The notes below the pieces were generated by a model. It was given only the letters and a program-made list of their open reading frames with translations. It did no database searches and had not been told where the DNA came from. A DNA stretch of 61,020 nt from positions 1 through 61,020 of the forward strand of contig JALAGF010004959.1 of the NCBI GenBank assembly GCA_030167865.1, written 5' to 3'. Positions 58,967-61,020 of the stretch are shown here, in pieces. Origin of the DNA: Craspedostauros australis (lineage: Eukaryota). The translations under genes and the position numbers were made by a program. Each line of letters opens with the position of its first letter. Position 1 is the first letter of the stretch.

Positions 58967-60871
58967 ATGACAACCAATGACAGGCGTCATGGAATGAGTG
59001 ATGGGTCTCCTCAGGGATACGAAGCCAAAGTGGGTGCATCGGCGGCAGCGGCGACAGCAGCAAGAAAGGACACTCTGTCTACTCATGACGCTGCACCCAA
59101 GCCGTCCTCGCGAAGACAGCTCCGCTCGACATCCCGCAGATCGCTTGCGTTGATATTTTGGGCCGTTGCTATGGCAGTCGGCAATATCAGCAAATTGAAC
59201 ATTTCGCAGTACGTGGCCGATCATCATCCCATTGATCTGGCTTCCATGCCCAACAACCACTTCGATACCACCGTGCATGCTTCTGCCTCAGTCAACGTAT
59301 TCTCTCAACTTAAAACAGCGGAGCCGTCTATCTCCGCAGAAGCTCAACCACGGTCACACCCACAGCGGCAAGCGTTGAATCAAAGCGCGGCGCCGAACCC
59401 AGACGACTCATTCGCAACGAATCTGCGGGATTTAGCGAAGCAACAAGGTATCAAAGAAGGAACCTTCGCGAGGGCTGTGGCGATATACAAACAAAAGGTC
59501 GGGTCGGCCAGCAAACTGTCCGCTATGCTGGACGCACAATGTGCTGCAGATCCCAACACCGAAGCAACTCTATCAAAGCTCATCCTTCCCGCATTTGACT
59601 GTCTGAGCAAGACTTCATCTACCATGACGCATGACTCTTTGGTCTATCCCATCGCTGATGCACATGCACATTTCAACCAGATTCGGATGAGACTAGCATT
59701 ATGGGCACAGAATCAACAACACAAGTACCACAGTGCGGCAAACTACGACGGACCATGGATCGAGAACTACTTCATCTCGCGTTTTGAAACGATGTACGAC
59801 CACAGAATTAACTCAGCATCGATGCCAAAGTGGATGCCAAAGTGGATGCCAAAGTGGATGCCAAAAAGAAAAAGAGCAGCAGGAATGGCAGGAGCAGAAT
59901 CTGAAACGCAGCAGTTCTGCCTCTTCGAGCTCTTCGGTCCGTACATTCCAATTTTCATCCCATGGACCGATCACTGGGTGCGTGCACCTCATCAACAGCC
60001 TCCAGATCTGTGGCCAACACTACAATCTGTACTGCGGCCAGATGTTCCTTACATCGTGGTGTCACAGAACGACGATGGTCTGTTGGCAACCTACCCCAAC
60101 CTTTCCATGAGCGACATCCCCAACGTGCTCGTTTTATCAGCGGGTGGGTACGGGCATGTACCGATACCGTTGTTCAAGCAGGCAGAGGCTCCCTTGCTCA
60201 ATCGCACATTCCCACCTCCAACGCAAAATCCTGACGAAGACAAAGAAGAGCGACCGTTTCGCAAAGATCCGACAAATCGAACCTACGTCACCTCATATGT
60301 CGGCAGCCCAGTCAATGCACCGCGGGAGATGAGGCGTCAGATGATCGGACGATTGCAACGCCTTGATAGAAATCCTGAGGCACGAGCAATCAACAACAGC
60401 ACGCTCAAGATATTCACATCCTTCTACGGATCTGCGTGGAGAGACATCATGGCAGACTCCTGCTTCTCCTTCTGTCCGCGCGGTTATGGACGAACATCGT
60501 ACCATGTCATGGAGACCCTGCAGATGGGCTTGATTCCGATCCAGGTTTACCTGGACATACCATGGATCCCATACATCGACTTGATGGAGCGAGAGGAGAT
60601 GATCATCACCATCAAGCATGGCTTCGTGGACAAGTTTATGCGAGAGACACTTCTGACCTCGCTTTCATCACCATCAGTAGCAGCACAGAACAAGAGCTGG
60701 ACTTTCGAGAAGATTCGCGAAGCAGAGCAGCGCATCCTGTCGTACCGACAAAGCCATTTCACACCTGAAGGTGCCATGAACCAGATCCAAGCCTTCATGT
60801 TGGACCCGTCGACATCGGACTTGCGTTGTCAGAAGTTGCCGAAGACGCCTCGAGGTGACTTTCTGTTGTGA
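58967..60871 (+). CDS. Exostosin/GT47-like glycosyltransferase, type II membrane protein, ~634 aa
   Basis: N-terminal TM (SLALIFWAVAMAVG) and stem region. GT47-type motif IMADSCFSFCPRGYGRTSYHVMETLQMGLIPIQV. The start Met is uncertain. Confidence 0.72.
   Translation: MTTNDRRHGMSDGSPQGYEAKVGASAAAATAARKDTLSTHDAAPKPSSRRQLRSTSRRSLALIFWAVAMAVGNISKLNISQYVADHHPIDLASMPNNHFDTTVHASASVNVFSQLKTAEPSISAEAQPRSHPQRQALNQSAAPNPDDSFATNLRDLAKQQGIKEGTFARAVAIYKQKVGSASKLSAMLDAQCAADPNTEATLSKLILPAFDCLSKTSSTMTHDSLVYPIADAHAHFNQIRMRLALWAQNQQHKYHSAANYDGPWIENYFISRFETMYDHRINSASMPKWMPKWMPKWMPKRKRAAGMAGAESETQQFCLFELFGPYIPIFIPWTDHWVRAPHQQPPDLWPTLQSVLRPDVPYIVVSQNDDGLLATYPNLSMSDIPNVLVLSAGGYGHVPIPLFKQAEAPLLNRTFPPPTQNPDEDKEERPFRKDPTNRTYVTSYVGSPVNAPREMRRQMIGRLQRLDRNPEARAINNSTLKIFTSFYGSAWRDIMADSCFSFCPRGYGRTSYHVMETLQMGLIPIQVYLDIPWIPYIDLMEREEMIITIKHGFVDKFMRETLLTSLSSPSVAAQNKSWTFEKIREAEQRILSYRQSHFTPEGAMNQIQAFMLDPSTSDLRCQKLPKTPRGDFLL
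59821..59865 (+). repeat. 12-bp in-frame coding repeat (GATGCCAAAGTG)x3.7 encoding MPKWMPKWMPKWMPK
   Basis: Perfect units read directly from the sequence inside the GT47-like ORF. Confidence 0.9.
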
Positions 60872-61020
60872 AGTGTCGGTGTATCCAAGAGTGAGCATCC
60901 TCGTTGATGGATGTGAATGGAATGCGATGGATAGAAAGTGTCCTCCTTCCACCTTGTCGGTGCTAGACGAAGCCACTCGCAGCCAAACACAGGATTGGGC
61001 AGGGTGACGATCCGCAACCG

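Overview
Eukaryotic nuclear DNA, most likely a diatom or other photosynthetic stramenopile. This is inferred from short GT-AG introns, bipartite plastid presequences with ASAF-type cleavage sites, diatom-type HSF and DUF6824-like proteins, and microsatellite-rich intergenic DNA. About 17 intact protein-coding genes can be supported: a secreted Cys-rich/PTS-repeat protein, a plastid Lon-N-domain-like protein, PTOX, an unknown polytopic membrane protein, a USP8/AMSH-N-domain-like protein, an RluA pseudouridine synthase fused to a Janus/Ocnus domain, a PAP-fibrillin protein, an HSF, a 4-exon helical-repeat protein, eIF4G, a TPR-kinase with a CPPED1-like tail, a DUF6824-like protein, a protein with four ZNRD2-like zinc ribbons, a DUS1-like synthase, a DHHC palmitoyltransferase, an EamA transporter and a GT47-like protein. 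There is also a decayed membrane-protein pseudogene and several minisatellites. No rRNA, tRNA, CRISPR array or recognisable transposon was seen. The most notable signals are two unusual domain fusions, a cluster of TGACGT(CA) bZIP/aureochrome-type sites in the divergent promoter of PTOX, the four-zinc-ribbon protein, and two convergent genes whose stop codons overlap. All family assignments come from motif recognition by eye, not database searches.
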